The notes under the pieces are model-generated. The model saw only the letters and a list, made by a program, of their open reading frames with translations, searched no databases and had not been told where the DNA came from. Positions 1-13,500 of a DNA stretch of 64,000 nucleotides are shown here, piece after piece (positions within the stretch are counted from its first letter, which is position 1; each line of letters begins with the position of its first letter). Location of the stretch: the NCBI RefSeq assembly GCF_009914755.1, contig NC_060933.1; one strand, 5' to 3'. The stretch is from the human T2T-CHM13v2.0 reference genome, Homo sapiens. Both the position numbers and the translations under genes were made by a program.

Positions 1-1
1 T

Positions 2-15
2 TCGATTGCAATCGA
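2..15. other. 14-bp perfect palindrome TCGATTGCAATCGA (representative of about 21 copies)
   Basis: The sequence equals its own reverse complement. It recurs at 3710, 7087, 8825, 15727, 18362, 20807, 23262, 25892 and elsewhere. Confidence 0.85.
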
Positions 16-2320
16 GTTGATTCCATTCCATTCCATTCCTTTCCATTCCATTCCATTCCTTTCCATTCCATTACGGATGATTCCATTCCATTGCATTCCA
101 TTCCATTCCATTCCCCTGTACTCGGGTTGATTCCATTCCATTCCATTCCAATCCATGCCATTCCACTCGTGTTGATTCCATTCTTTCCATTCCATTCAAG
201 TTGAATCCATTCCATTGCATTCCATTCCATTCGATTCCATTCGATTGCACTCGGGTTGATTCCATTCCATTGCACTCCATTCCATTCCATTTCATTCCAT
301 TCCATTCCTTTCCATTCCATTCCATTCCATTCCATTCCATTCCATTGCAATCGAGTTGATTACATTCCATTCCTTTCCATTCCATTCCATTGCCTTGCAT
401 TCCACTCGGGTTGATTCCATTCCCTTCTTTCCATTCCATTACATTCCCTTCCATTCCACTCGGAATGATTGATTCCATTCCATTCCATTCCATTTCATTC
501 CATTGCAATCCATTCCAATCCATTCCATTCCATTCCATTCCACTCGAGTTGATTTCATTCCATTCCTTTCCATTCCATTCCATTCCTTTCCACTCCAGTT
601 GATTCCATTCCATTCCATTCCATTCCATTGCATTCCATTCCATGCCATTCCACTCGGGTTGATTCCATTCCATTCCATTCCATTCCATTCCATTCCATTC
701 CATTCCATTGCATTCCATTCCATTCCTTTCCCCTGCACTCGGGTTGATTCCATTCCATTCCATTCCATTTAATTCCATTCCATTCCATTCCATTCCATTC
801 CATTCCAATCCGTTCCATTCCATTCCATTCTATTCCATTGCAATCGACTTGACTCCATTCCATTCCATTCCATTCCATTCCATTCCATTCCATTTTGTTC
901 CAATCCATTCTATTCCAAACCTTTCCATTCCATTCCATTCCATTCCATTCCATTCCATTCCATGCCATTCCACTCGGGTTGATTCCATTCCTTTCCATTC
1001 CATTCGGGTAGAATCCAATCCACTCCATTCCATTCCATTCGAATCCATTCCATTGCACTCGGGTTGATTCCATTCCATTCCATTCCATTCCATTCCATTC
1101 CGTTCGATTCCATTTCATTACATTCAGATTGATTCTATTCAATTCCCTTACACTCCATTATATTCCAATCCATTCTGGTTGTTTCCATTCCATTCCATTC
1201 CATTTCACTCCATTCCATTGCACTCGGTTTGATTCCATTCCATTCCATTCTATTCCATTCCGGATGATTCCATTCCATTGCATTCCATTCCATTCCATTC
1301 CCCTGCACTCAGGTTGATTCCATTCCATTCCATTCCACTCCTTTCGGTTCCGTTCCATTCCATTCTATTGCATTCCATTCTATTCGGGTTAATTCCATTC
1401 CATTCTATTCCATTCCATTCCATTCCATTCCATTGCAATGGAGTTGATTCCATTCCATTCCATTCCATTCCGGATGATTCCATTCCATTGCATTCCATTC
1501 CATTCCATTCCCCTGCACTCGTGTTGATTCCATTACCTTCCATTCCATTCCATTCCGTTCCATTCCATTGCATTCCATTCTATTCCGGTTAATTCCATTC
1601 CATTCCATTCCATTCCATTACATTCCATTGCAATCGAGTTGATTCCATTCCATTCCTTTCCATTCCATTCCATTGCCTTGCATTCCAATCGGGTTGATTC
1701 CATTCCCTTCTTTCCACTCCATTACATTCCCTTACATTCCACTCGGAATGATTGATTCCATTCCATTCCATTCCATTTCATTCCGTTGCAATCCATTCCA
1801 ATCTATTCCATTCCATTCCATTCCACTCGACTTGATTTCATTCCATTCCTTTCCATTCCATTCCATTCCTTTCCACTCCAGTTGATTCCAATCCATTCCA
1901 TTCCATTGCATTCCATTCCATGCCATTCCACTCGGGTTGATTCCATTCCTTTGCATTCCATTCCATTCCATTCCATTCCATTCCATTCCATTCCATTCCG
2001 GATGATTCCATTCCATTGCATTCCGTTCCATTACATTCCCCTGCACTCGCGTTGATTCCATTCCATTCCATTCCATTCCATTCAATTCCATTCCATTACA
2101 ATTCGTTCCATTCCATTCTATTCCGTACCATTCCATTCCATTCCATACAATTCCATTCCATTCCATTCCATTCCATTCCGTTCCATTCCGTTCCATTCCA
2201 TTCCATTCCATTCTATTCGGGTTAATTCCATTCCATTCCATTCCATTCCATTCCATTCTATTCCATTCCATTGCAATCGAGTTGAATCCATTGCATTTCA
2301 TTCCATTCCATTGCATTCCA

Positions 2321-2333
2321 TTCCGGAAGATTC
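2321..2333. promoter_or_regulatory. Perfect three-unit heat-shock element TTCcgGAAgaTTC (representative of about 38 copies in the window)
   Basis: Exact match to the HSF consensus nTTCnnGAAnnTTCn. The motif match is seen directly; binding is not shown. HSF1 activation of Sat III arrays is established for the family. Confidence 0.5.
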
Positions 2334-5300
2334 CATTCCATTGCATTCCATTCCATTCCATTCCCCTGCACTCGCGTTGATTCCATTCCATTCCATTCCA
2401 TTCCATTCCATTCCATTCCGTTCCGTTCCATTCCATTCCATTCCATTCCATTCCATTCCGTTCCGTTCCGTTCCATTCCATTCCATTCCATTCTATTCGG
2501 GTTAATTCCATTCCATTCCATTTGATTGCAATCGAGTTGATTCCATTCCATTCCATTCCATTCCATTCCGTTCCATTCCATTCCTTTCCATTCCATTACG
2601 GATGATTCCATTCCATTGCATTCCATTCCATTCCATTCCCCTGTACTCGGGTTGATTCCATTCCATTCCATTCCAATCCATGCCATTCCACTCGTGTTGA
2701 TTCCATTCTTTCCATTCCATTCAAGTTGAATCCATTCCATTGCATTCCATTCCATTCGATTCCATTCGATTGCACTCGGGTTGATTCCATTCCATTGCAT
2801 TCCATTCCATTTCATTCCATTCCATTCCATTCCATTCCGTTCCATTCCATTTCATTACATTCAGATTGATTCTATTCAATTCCCTAACACTCCATTATAT
2901 TCCAATTCATTCTGGTTTTTTCCATTCCATTCCATTCCATTTCACTCCATTCCATTGCACTCGGGTTGATTCCATTCCATTCCATTCCATTGCATTCCAT
3001 TCCATTCCATTCCGGATAATTCCATTCCATTGCATTCCTTTCCATTCCATTCCCTTATACTCGGCTTGATTCCATTCCATTCCATTCCATTACATTCCGT
3101 TCCATTCCATTCCATTACATTCGGATTGATTCTATTCAATTCCCTTACACTCCATTACATTCCATTCCATTCGGGTAGTTTCCTTTCCATTCCATTCCAT
3201 TCCTCTCCATTCCATTGCACTCGGGTTGATTCCATTCCATTCCATTCCATTACATTACATTGCATTACATTACATTCCGTTCCATTGTACTCGGGTTGAT
3301 TCCATTCCATTGCATTCCATTCCATTCCATTCCATTCCATTCCATTCCATTCCATTCCGTTCCATTCCATTCCATTACATTCGGATTGATTCTATTCAAC
3401 TCCCTTACTCTCCATTACATTCGATTCCATTCGGGTTGTTCCATTCCATTCCATTCCATTCCACTCCATTCCATTGCACTCGGGTTGATTCCATTCCATT
3501 CCATTCCATTCCGGAAGATTCCATTCCATTACATTCCATTACATTCCATTCCCCTGCACTCGTGTTGATTCCATTCCATTCCATTCCATTCCATTCAATT
3601 CCATTCCTTTCCGTTCCATTCCATTCCATTCCATTCCGTTCCGTTCCGTTCCGTTCTGTTCAATTCCATTCCATTCCATTCTATTCGGGTTAATTCCATT
3701 CCATTCCATTCGATTGCAATCGAGTTGATTCCATTCCATTCCATTCCTTTCCATTCCATTCCATTCCTTTCCATTCCATTACGGATGATTCCATTCCATT
3801 GCATTCCATTCCATTCCATTCCCCTGTACTCGGGTTGATTCCATTCCATTCCATTCCAATCCATGCCATTCCACTCGTGTTGATTCCATTCTTTCCATTC
3901 CATTCAAGTTGAATCCATTCCATTGCATTCCATTCCATTCGATTCCATTCGATTGCACTCGGGTTGATTCCATTCCATTGCACTCCATTCCATTCCATTT
4001 CATTCCATTCCATTCCTTTCCATTCCATTCCATTCCATTCCATTCCATTCCATTGCAATCGAGTTGATTACATTCCATTCCTTTCCATTCCATTCCATTG
4101 CCTTGCATTCCACTCGGGTTGATTCCATTCCCTTCTTTCCATTCCATTACATTCCCTTCCATTCCACTCGGAATGATTGATTCCATTCCATTCCATTCCA
4201 TTTCATTCCATTGCAATCCATTCCAATCCATTCCATTCCATTCCATTCCACTCGAGTTGATTTCATTCCATTCCTTTCCATTCCATTCCATTCCTTTCCA
4301 CTCCAGTTGATTCCATTCCATTCCATTCCATTCCATTGCATTCCATTCCATGCCATTCCACTCGGGTTGATTCCATTCCATTCCATTCCATTCCATTCCA
4401 TTCCATTCCATTCCATTGCATTCCATTCCATTCCTTTCCCCTGCACTCGGGTTGATTCCATTCCATTCCATTCCATTTAATTCCATTCCATTCCATTCCA
4501 TTCCATTCCATTCCAATCCGTTCCATTCCATTCCATTCTATTCCATTGCAATCGACTTGACTCCATTCCATTCCATTCCATTCCATTCCATTCCATTCCA
4601 TTTTGTTCCAATCCATTCTATTCCAAACCTTTCCATTCCATTCCATTCCATTCCATTCCATTCCATGCCATTCCACTCGGGTTGATTCCATTCCTTTCCA
4701 TTCCATTCGGGTAGAATCCAATCCACTCCATTCCATTCCATTCGAATCCATTCCATTGCACTCGGGTTGATTCCATTCCATTCCATTCCATTCCATTCCA
4801 TTCCGTTCGATTCCATTTCATTACATTCAGATTGATTCTATTCAATTCCCTTACACTCCATTATATTCCAATCCATTCTGGTTGTTTCCATTCCATTCCA
4901 TTCCATTTCACTCCATTCCATTGCACTCGGTTTGATTCCATTCCATTCCATTCTATTCCATTCCGGATGATTCCATTCCATTGCATTCCATTCCATTCCA
5001 TTCCCCTGCACTCAGGTTGATTCCATTCCATTCCATTCCACTCCTTTCGGTTCCGTTCCATTCCATTCTATTGCATTCCATTCTATTCGGGTTAATTCCA
5101 TTCCATTCTATTCCATTCCATTCCATTCCATTCCATTGCAATGGAGTTGATTCCATTCCATTCCATTCCATTCCGGATGATTCCATTCCATTGCATTCCA
5201 TTCCATTCCATTCCCCTGCACTCGTGTTGATTCCATTACCTTCCATTCCATTCCATTCCGTTCCATTCCATTGCATTCCATTCTATTCCGGTTAATTCCA

Positions 5301-8300
5301 TTCCATTCCATTCCATTCCATTACATTCCATTGCAATCGAGTTGATTCCATTCCATTCCTTTCCATTCCATTCCATTGCCTTGCATTCCAATCGGGTTGA
5401 TTCCATTCCCTTCTTTCCACTCCATTACATTCCCTTACATTCCACTCGGAATGATTGATTCCATTCCATTCCATTCCATTTCATTCCGTTGCAATCCATT
5501 CCAATCTATTCCATTCCATTCCATTCCACTCGACTTGATTTCATTCCATTCCTTTCCATTCCATTCCATTCCTTTCCACTCCAGTTGATTCCAATCCATT
5601 CCATTCCATTGCATTCCATTCCATGCCATTCCACTCGGGTTGATTCCATTCCTTTGCATTCCATTCCATTCCATTCCATTCCATTCCATTCCATTCCATT
5701 CCATTCCATTCCATACCGTTGCATTCCATTCCATTACATTCGGATTGATTCTATTCAACTCCCTTACTCTCCATTACATTCCATTCCATTCGGGTTGTTC
5801 CATTCCATTCCATTCCATTCCACTCCATTCCATTGCACTAGGGTTGATTCCATTCCATTCCTTTCCATTCCATTCCATTCCATTCCATTCCATTCCATTC
5901 CATTCCGGATGATTCCATTCCATTGCATTCCGTTCCATTACATTCCCCTGCAATCGCGTTCATTCCATTCCATTCCATTCCATTCCATTCAATTCCATTC
6001 CATTACAATTCGTTCCATTCCATTCTATTCCGTATCATTCCATTCCATTCCATACCATTCCATTCCATTCCATTCCATTCCATTCCATTCCGTTCCATTC
6101 CGTTCCATTCCATTCCATTCCATTCTATTCGGGTTAATTCCATTCCATTCCATTCCATTCCATTCTATTCCATTCCATTGCAATCGAGTTGAATCCATTG
6201 CATTTCATTCCATTCCATTCCATTCCATTCCATTCTGGAAGATTCCATTCCATTACATTCCATTCCATTCCATCTCCCTGCACTCGCGTTGATTCCATTC
6301 CATTCCATTCCATTCCATTCCGTTCCGTTCCGTTCCGTTCTGTTCCATTCCATTCCATTCCATTCCATTCCATTCCATTCCATTCCGTTCCGTTGCATTC
6401 CATTCCATTCCATTCTATTCGGGTTAATTCCATTCCATTCCATTCGATTGCAATCGTGTTGATTCCATTCCATTCCATTCCATTCCATTCCATTCCATTC
6501 CATTCCATTCCTTTCCATTCCATTACTGATGATTCCGTTCCATTGCATTCCATTCCATTCCATTCCCCTGTACTCGGGTTGATTCCATTCCATTGCATTC
6601 CAATCCATGCCCTTCCACTCGTGTTGATTCCATTCTTTCCATTCCATTCAAGTTGAATCCATTCCATTGCATTCCATTCCATTCGATTCCATTCGATTGC
6701 ACACGGGTTGATTCCATTCCATTGCATTCCATTCCATTCCATTCCATTCAATTCCATTCCGTTCCATTCCATTCCATTACATTCGGATTGATTCTATTCA
6801 ACTCCCTTAGTCTGCATTACATTCCATTCCATTCGGGTTGTTCCATTCCATTCCATTCCATTCCACTCCATTCCATTGCACTCGGGTTTATTCCATTCCA
6901 TTCCATTCCATTCCATTCAATTCCATTCCATTCCGGAAGATTCCATTCCATTGCATTCCATTCCATTCCATTCCCCTGCACTCGCGTTGATTCCATTCCA
7001 TTCCATTCCATTCCATTCCATTCCGTTCCGTTCCGTTCCATTCCATTCCATTCCATTCTATTCGGGTTAATTCCATTCCATTCCATTCGATTGCAATCGA
7101 GTTGATTACATTCCATTCCATTCCATTCCATTCCATTCCTTTCCATTCCATTACGGATGATTCCATTCCATTGCATTCCATTCCATTCCATTCCCCTGTA
7201 CTCGGGTTGATTCCATTCCATCCCATTCCAATCCATGCCATTCCACTCGTGTTGATTCCATTCTTTCCATTCCATTCAAGTTGAATCCATTCCATTGCAT
7301 TCCTTTCTATTCCATTCCCCTGCAGTCAGGTTGATTCCATTCCATTCCATTCCATTCCATTCCGTTCCGTTCCATTCCATTCCATTCCTTTCTATTCGGG
7401 TTAATTCCATTCCATTCCATTCCATTCCATTCCATTCCATTCCATTCCATTCCAATCAATTTGATTCCATTCCATTCCATTCCATTCCATTCCATTCCAT
7501 TCCATTCCACTCCATTCCAGTCCTTTCCATTCCATTCCACTCGGGTTGATTCCAATGTACTCCTTTCCATTCCTTTCCATTCCATTGCAATCGAGTTGAT
7601 TCCATTGCTTTGCATTCCATTCCATTCCATTCCGGATCATTCCATTCCATTGTATTGCATTCCATTCCATTCCCCTGCACTCGGGTTGATTCCATTCCAT
7701 TCCACTCCATTCCGTTCCATTCCATTCCATTCCATTGTATTCGGGTTAATTCCATTCCATTCCATTCCATTCCATTCCATTCCATTACAATCGAGTTGAT
7801 TCCATTCCATTCCATTCCATTCCAGTCCTTTCCCTTCCATTCCACTCGGGTTGATTCCATTCTATTAGTTTCCATTCCATTCCATTCCCTTCCATTCCAC
7901 TCTGGTTGCTTCCATTGCTTTCCATTCCACTCGAATACATTCCCTCCTATTCCACTCGGAACGATTCCATTCCATTCCATTCCATTCCATTCCATTCCAT
8001 TCCATTCCATTCCATTCCATTCCATTCCATTTCGTTCCATTCCATTCTATTCCGTATCATTCCATTCCATTCCATTCCATTCCATTCCATTCCATTCCAT
8101 TCCATTGTACTCGGGTTGATTCCATTCCATTGCATTCCATTCCATTCCTTTCCATTCCATTCCATTCCGTTGCATTCCATTCCATTACATTCGGATTGAT
8201 TCTATTCAACTCCCTTACTCTCCATTACATTCCATTCCATTCGGGTTGTTCCATTCCATTCCATTCCATTCCACTCCATTCCATTGCACTCGGGTTGATT

Positions 8301-10519
8301 CCATTCCATTCCATTGCATTCCATTCCATTCCATTCCATTCCATTCCATTCCGGATGATTCCATTCCATTGCATTCCGTTCCATTACATTCCCCTGCACT
8401 CGCGTTGATTCCATTCCATTCCATTCCATTCCATTCAATTCCATTCCATTACAATTCGTTCCATTCCATTCTATTCCGTACCATTCCATTTCATTCCATA
8501 GTATTCCATTCCATTCCATTCCATTCCATTCCGTTCCATTCCATTCCATTCCAATCTATTCGGATTAATTCCATTCTATTCCATTCCATTCCATTGCAAT
8601 CGAGTTGAATCCATTGCATTTCATTCCATTCCATTCCATTCCATTCCATTCCGGAAGTTTCCATTCCATTGCATTCCATTCCATTCCATTCCCCTGCACT
8701 CGCGTTGATTCCATTCCATTCCATTCCATTCCATTCCGTTCCGTTCCATTCCATTCCATTACATTCCGTTCCATTCCATTCCATTCCATTCCATTCTATT
8801 CGGGTTAATTCCATTCCATTCCATTCGATTGCAATCGAGTTGATTCCATTCCATTCCATTCCATTCCATTCCATTCCATTCCATTCCTTTCCATTCCATT
8901 ACGGATGATTCCATTCCATTGCATTCCATTCCATTCCATTCCCCTGTACTCGGGTTGATTCCATTCCAATCCATGCCATTCCACTCGTGTTGATTCCATT
9001 CTTTCCATTCCATTCAAGTTGAATCCATTCCATTGCATTCCATTCAATTCGATTCCATTCGATTGCACTCGGGTTGATTCCATTCCATTGCATTCCATTC
9101 CATTCCATTCCATTCCATTCCATTCCATTCCGTTCCATTCCATTCCATTACATTCGGATTGATTCTATTCAATTCCCTTACACTCCATTACATTCCATTC
9201 CATTCGGGTAGTTTCCATTCCATTCCATTCCATTCCTCTCCATTCCATTGCACTCGGGTTGATTCCATTCCATTGCATTCCATTCCATTCTATTCAATTC
9301 CATTCCGTTCCATTCCATTCCATTACATTCGGATTGATTCTATTCAACTCCCTTACTCTCCATTACATTCCATTCCATTCGGGTTGTTCCATTCCATTCC
9401 ATTCCATTCCACTCCATTCCATTGCACTCGGGTTGATTCCATTCCATTCCATTCCATTCCATTCCATTACAATCGAATTGATTCCATTCAATTCCATTGC
9501 ATTCCAATCCTTTCCATTCCATTCCACTCGGGTTGATTCCATTCTATTAGTTTCCATTCCATTCCATTCCCTTCCATTCCACTCTGGTTGATTCCATTCC
9601 TTTCCATTCCACTCGAATACATTCCCTCCTATTCCACTCGGAACGATTCCATTCCATTCCATTCCATTCCATTCCATTCCATTCTATTCCATTCCATTCC
9701 ATTTCGTTCCATTCCATTCTATTCCGTATCATTCCATTCCATTCCATTCCATTCCATTCCATTCCATTTCATTCCATTCCATTGTACTCGGGTTGATTCC
9801 ATGCCATTGTATTCCATTCCATTCCATTCCATTCCATTCCATTCCATTCCATTCCATTCGGTTCCATTCCATTACATTCGGATTGATTCTTTTCAACTCC
9901 CTTACTCTCCATTACATTCCATTCCATTCGGATTGTTCCATTCCATTCCATTCCATTCCACTCCATTCCATTGCACTCGGGTTGATTCCATTCCATCCAT
10001 TGCATTCCATTCCATTCCATTCCTTTCCATTCCAGTCCTTTCCATTCCATTCCATTCGGGTTGATTCCATTCTATTAGATTCCATTCCATTCCATTCCCT
10101 TCCATTCCACTCTGGTTGATTCCATTCCTTTCCATTCCACTCGAATACATTCCCTCCTATTCCACTCGGAACGATTCCATTCCATTCCATTCCATTCCAT
10201 TCCATTCCATTCCATTCCATTCCATTTCGTTCCATTCCATTCTATTCCGTATCATTCCATTCCATTCCATTCCATTCCATTCCATTCCATTCCATTCCAT
10301 TGTACTCGGGTTGATTCCATTCCATTGCATTCCATTCCATTCCATTCCATTCCATTCCGTTGCATTCCATTCCATTACATTCGGATTGATTCTATTCAAC
10401 TCCCTTACTCTCCATTACATTCCATTCCATTCGGGTTGTTCCATTCCATTCCATTCCATTCCACTCCATTCCAATGCACTCGGATTGATTCCATTCCATT
10501 CCATTCCATTCCATTCCAT

Positions 10520-13500
10520 TCCGGATGATTCCATTCCATTGCATTCCGTTCCATTACATTCCCCTGCACTCGCGTTGATTCCATTCCATTCCACTCCATT
10601 CAATTCAATTCCATTCCATTACAATTCGTTCCATTCCATTCTATTCCGTACCATTCCATTCCATTCCATACAATTCCATTCCATTCCATTCCATTCCATT
10701 CCATTCCGTTCCATTCCGTTCCATTCCATTCCATTCCATTCTATTCGGGTTAATTCCATTCCATTCCATTCCATTCCATTCCACTCTATTCCATTCCATT
10801 GCAATCGAGTTGAATCCATTGCATTTCATTTCATTCCATTCCATTCCATTCCGGAAGATTCCATTCCATTGCATTCCATTCCATTCCATTCCCCTGCACT
10901 CGCGTTGATTCCATTCCATTCCATTCCATTCCATTCCATTCCGTTCCGTTCCATTCCATTTCATTACATTCAGATTGATTCTATTCAATTCCTTTACACT
11001 CCATTATATTCCAATCCATTCTGGTTGTTTCCATTCCATTCCATTCCATTTCACTCCATTCCATTGCACTCGGGTTGATTCCATTCCATTCCATTCCATT
11101 GCATTCCATTCCATTCCATTCCGGATGATTCCATTCCATTGCATTCCTTTCCATTCCATTCCCCTGCACTCGGGTTGATTCCATTCCATTCCATTCCATT
11201 ACGTTCCATTCCATTCCATTCCATTCCATTCGGATTGATTCTATTCAATTCCCTTACACTCCATTACATTCCATTCCATTCGGGTAGTTTCCTTTCCATT
11301 CCATTCCATTCCTCTCCATTCCATTGCACTCGGGTTGATTCCATTCCATTCCATTCCATTACATTACATTGCATTACATTACATTCCGTTCCATTGTACT
11401 CGGGTTGATTCCATTCCATTGCCTTCCATTCCATTACATTACATTGCATTACATTACATTCCGTTCCATTGTACTCGGGTTGATTCCATTCCATTGCATT
11501 CCATTCCATTCCATTCCATTCCATTCCATTCCATTCCATTCCATTCCATTCCGTTCCATTCCATTACTTTTGGATTGATTCTATTCAACTCCCTAACTCT
11601 CCATTCCATTCCATTCCATTCCATTCAATTCCATTCCGTTCCATTCCATTCCATTACATTCGGATTGATTCTATTCAAGTCCCTTACTCTCCATTGCATT
11701 CGATTCCATTCGGGTTGTTCCATTCCATTCCATTTCATTCCACTCCATTCCATTGCACTCGGGTTGATTCCATTCCATTCCATTCCATTCCGGAAGATTC
11801 CATTCCATTACATTCCATTACATTCCATTCCCCTGCACTCGTGTTGATTCCATTCCATTCCATTCCATTCCATTCAATTCCATTCCATTCCGTTCCATTC
11901 CATTCCATTCCATTCCATTCCTTTCCATTCCATTACGGATGATTCCATTCCATTGCATTCCATTCCATTCCATTCCCCTGTACTCGGGTTGATTCCATTC
12001 CATTCCATTCCAATCCATGCCATTCCACTCGTGTTGATTCCATTCTTTCCATTCCATTCAAGTTGAATCCATTCCATTGCATTCCATTCCATTCGATTCC
12101 ATTCGATTGCACTCGGGTTGATTCCATTCCATTGCACTCCATTCCATTCCATTTCATTCCATTCCATTCCTTTCCATTCCATTCCATTCCATTCCATTCC
12201 ATTGCAATCGAGTTGATTACATTCCATTCCTTTCCATTCCATTCCATTGCCTTGCCTTCCACTCGGGTTGATTCCATTCCCTTCTTTCCACTCCATTACA
12301 TTCCCTTCCATTCCACTCGGAATGATTGATTCCATTCCATTCCATTCCATTCCATTCCATTCCATTCCATTGCATTCCATTCCATTCCTTTCCCCTGCAC
12401 TCGGGTTGATTCCATTCCATTCCATTCCATTTAATTCCATTCCATTCCATTCCATTCCATTCCATTCCAATCCGTTCCATTCCATTCCATTCTATTCCAT
12501 TCCATTCCATTCCATTCCATTCCATTCCATTCCATTCCATTCTATTCCATTTTGTTCCAATCCATTCTATTCAGAACCTTTCCATTCCATTCCATTCCAT
12601 TCCATTCCATTCCATTCCATGCCATTCCACTCGGGTTGATTCCATTCCTTTCCATTCCATTCGGGTAGAATCCAATCCACTCCTTTCCATTCCATTCGAA
12701 TCCATTCCATTGCACTCGGGTTGATTCCATTCCATTCCATTCCATTCGATTCGATTCCATTCCATTCCATTCTGTTCGATTCCATTTCATTACATTCAGA
12801 TTGATTCTATTCAATTCCCTTACACTCCATTATATTCCAATCGATTCTGGTTGTTTCCATTCCATTCCATTCCATTTCACTCCACTCCATTGCACTCGGT
12901 TTGATTCCATTCCATTCCATTCTATTCCATTCCGGATGATTCCATTCCATTGCATTCCATTCCATTCCATTCCCCTGCACTCAGGTTGATTCCATTCCAT
13001 TCCATTCCACTCCATTCGGTTCCGTTCCATTCCATTCTATTGCATTCCATTCTATTCGGGTAAATTCCATTCCATTCTATTCCATTCCATTCCATTCCAT
13101 TCCATTGCAATGGAGTTGATTCCATTCCATTCCATTCCATTCCGGATGATTCCATTCCATTGCATTCCATTCCATTCCATTCCATTCCATTCCATTCCTT
13201 TCCATTCCATTACGGAAGATTCCATTCCATTGCATTCCATTCCATTCCATTCCCCTGTACTCGGGTTGATTCCATTCCATCCCATTCCAATCCATGCCAT
13301 TCCACTCGTGTTGATTCCATTCTTTTCATTCCATTCAAGTTGAATCCATTCCATTGCATTGCATTCTATTCCATTCCCCTGCAGTCAGGTTGATTCCATT
13401 CCATTCAATTCCATTCCATTCCATTCCATTCCATTCCGTTCCGTTGCATTCCATTCCATTCCTTTCTATTCGGGTTAATTCCATTCCATTCCATTCCATT

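Larger units (their letters stand above)
1..5700 (+). repeat. Near-identical ~3.7 kb-offset duplication (about 1-1990 repeated at about 3709-5700)
   Basis: Identical translations: 71..823 = 3779..4531 and 390..602 = 4098..4310 (offset 3708); 1129..1317 = 4832..5020 and 1673..1885 = 5376..5588 (offset 3703, one pentamer lost). Shared rare words include GCAATCGACTTGACTCC, TTCCAAACCTTTCC and CGGGTAGAATCC. Confidence 0.93.

Noticed and set aside
1-7400. Assignment to Y-chromosome DYZ1 from the ~3.7 kb offset
   Set aside because: The offset (3703-3708) differs from the ~3.6 kb DYZ1 unit and does not persist, and other periods dominate the window. Chromosome assignment needs a search.
7929-7965. 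Higher-complexity motif ACTCGAATACATTCCCTCCTATTCCACTCGGAACG as a possible insertion or small RNA gene
   Set aside because: It stays in pentamer register, derives from CATTC and decamer variants, recurs as part of a module, and has no target-site duplication or RNA-gene hallmarks.
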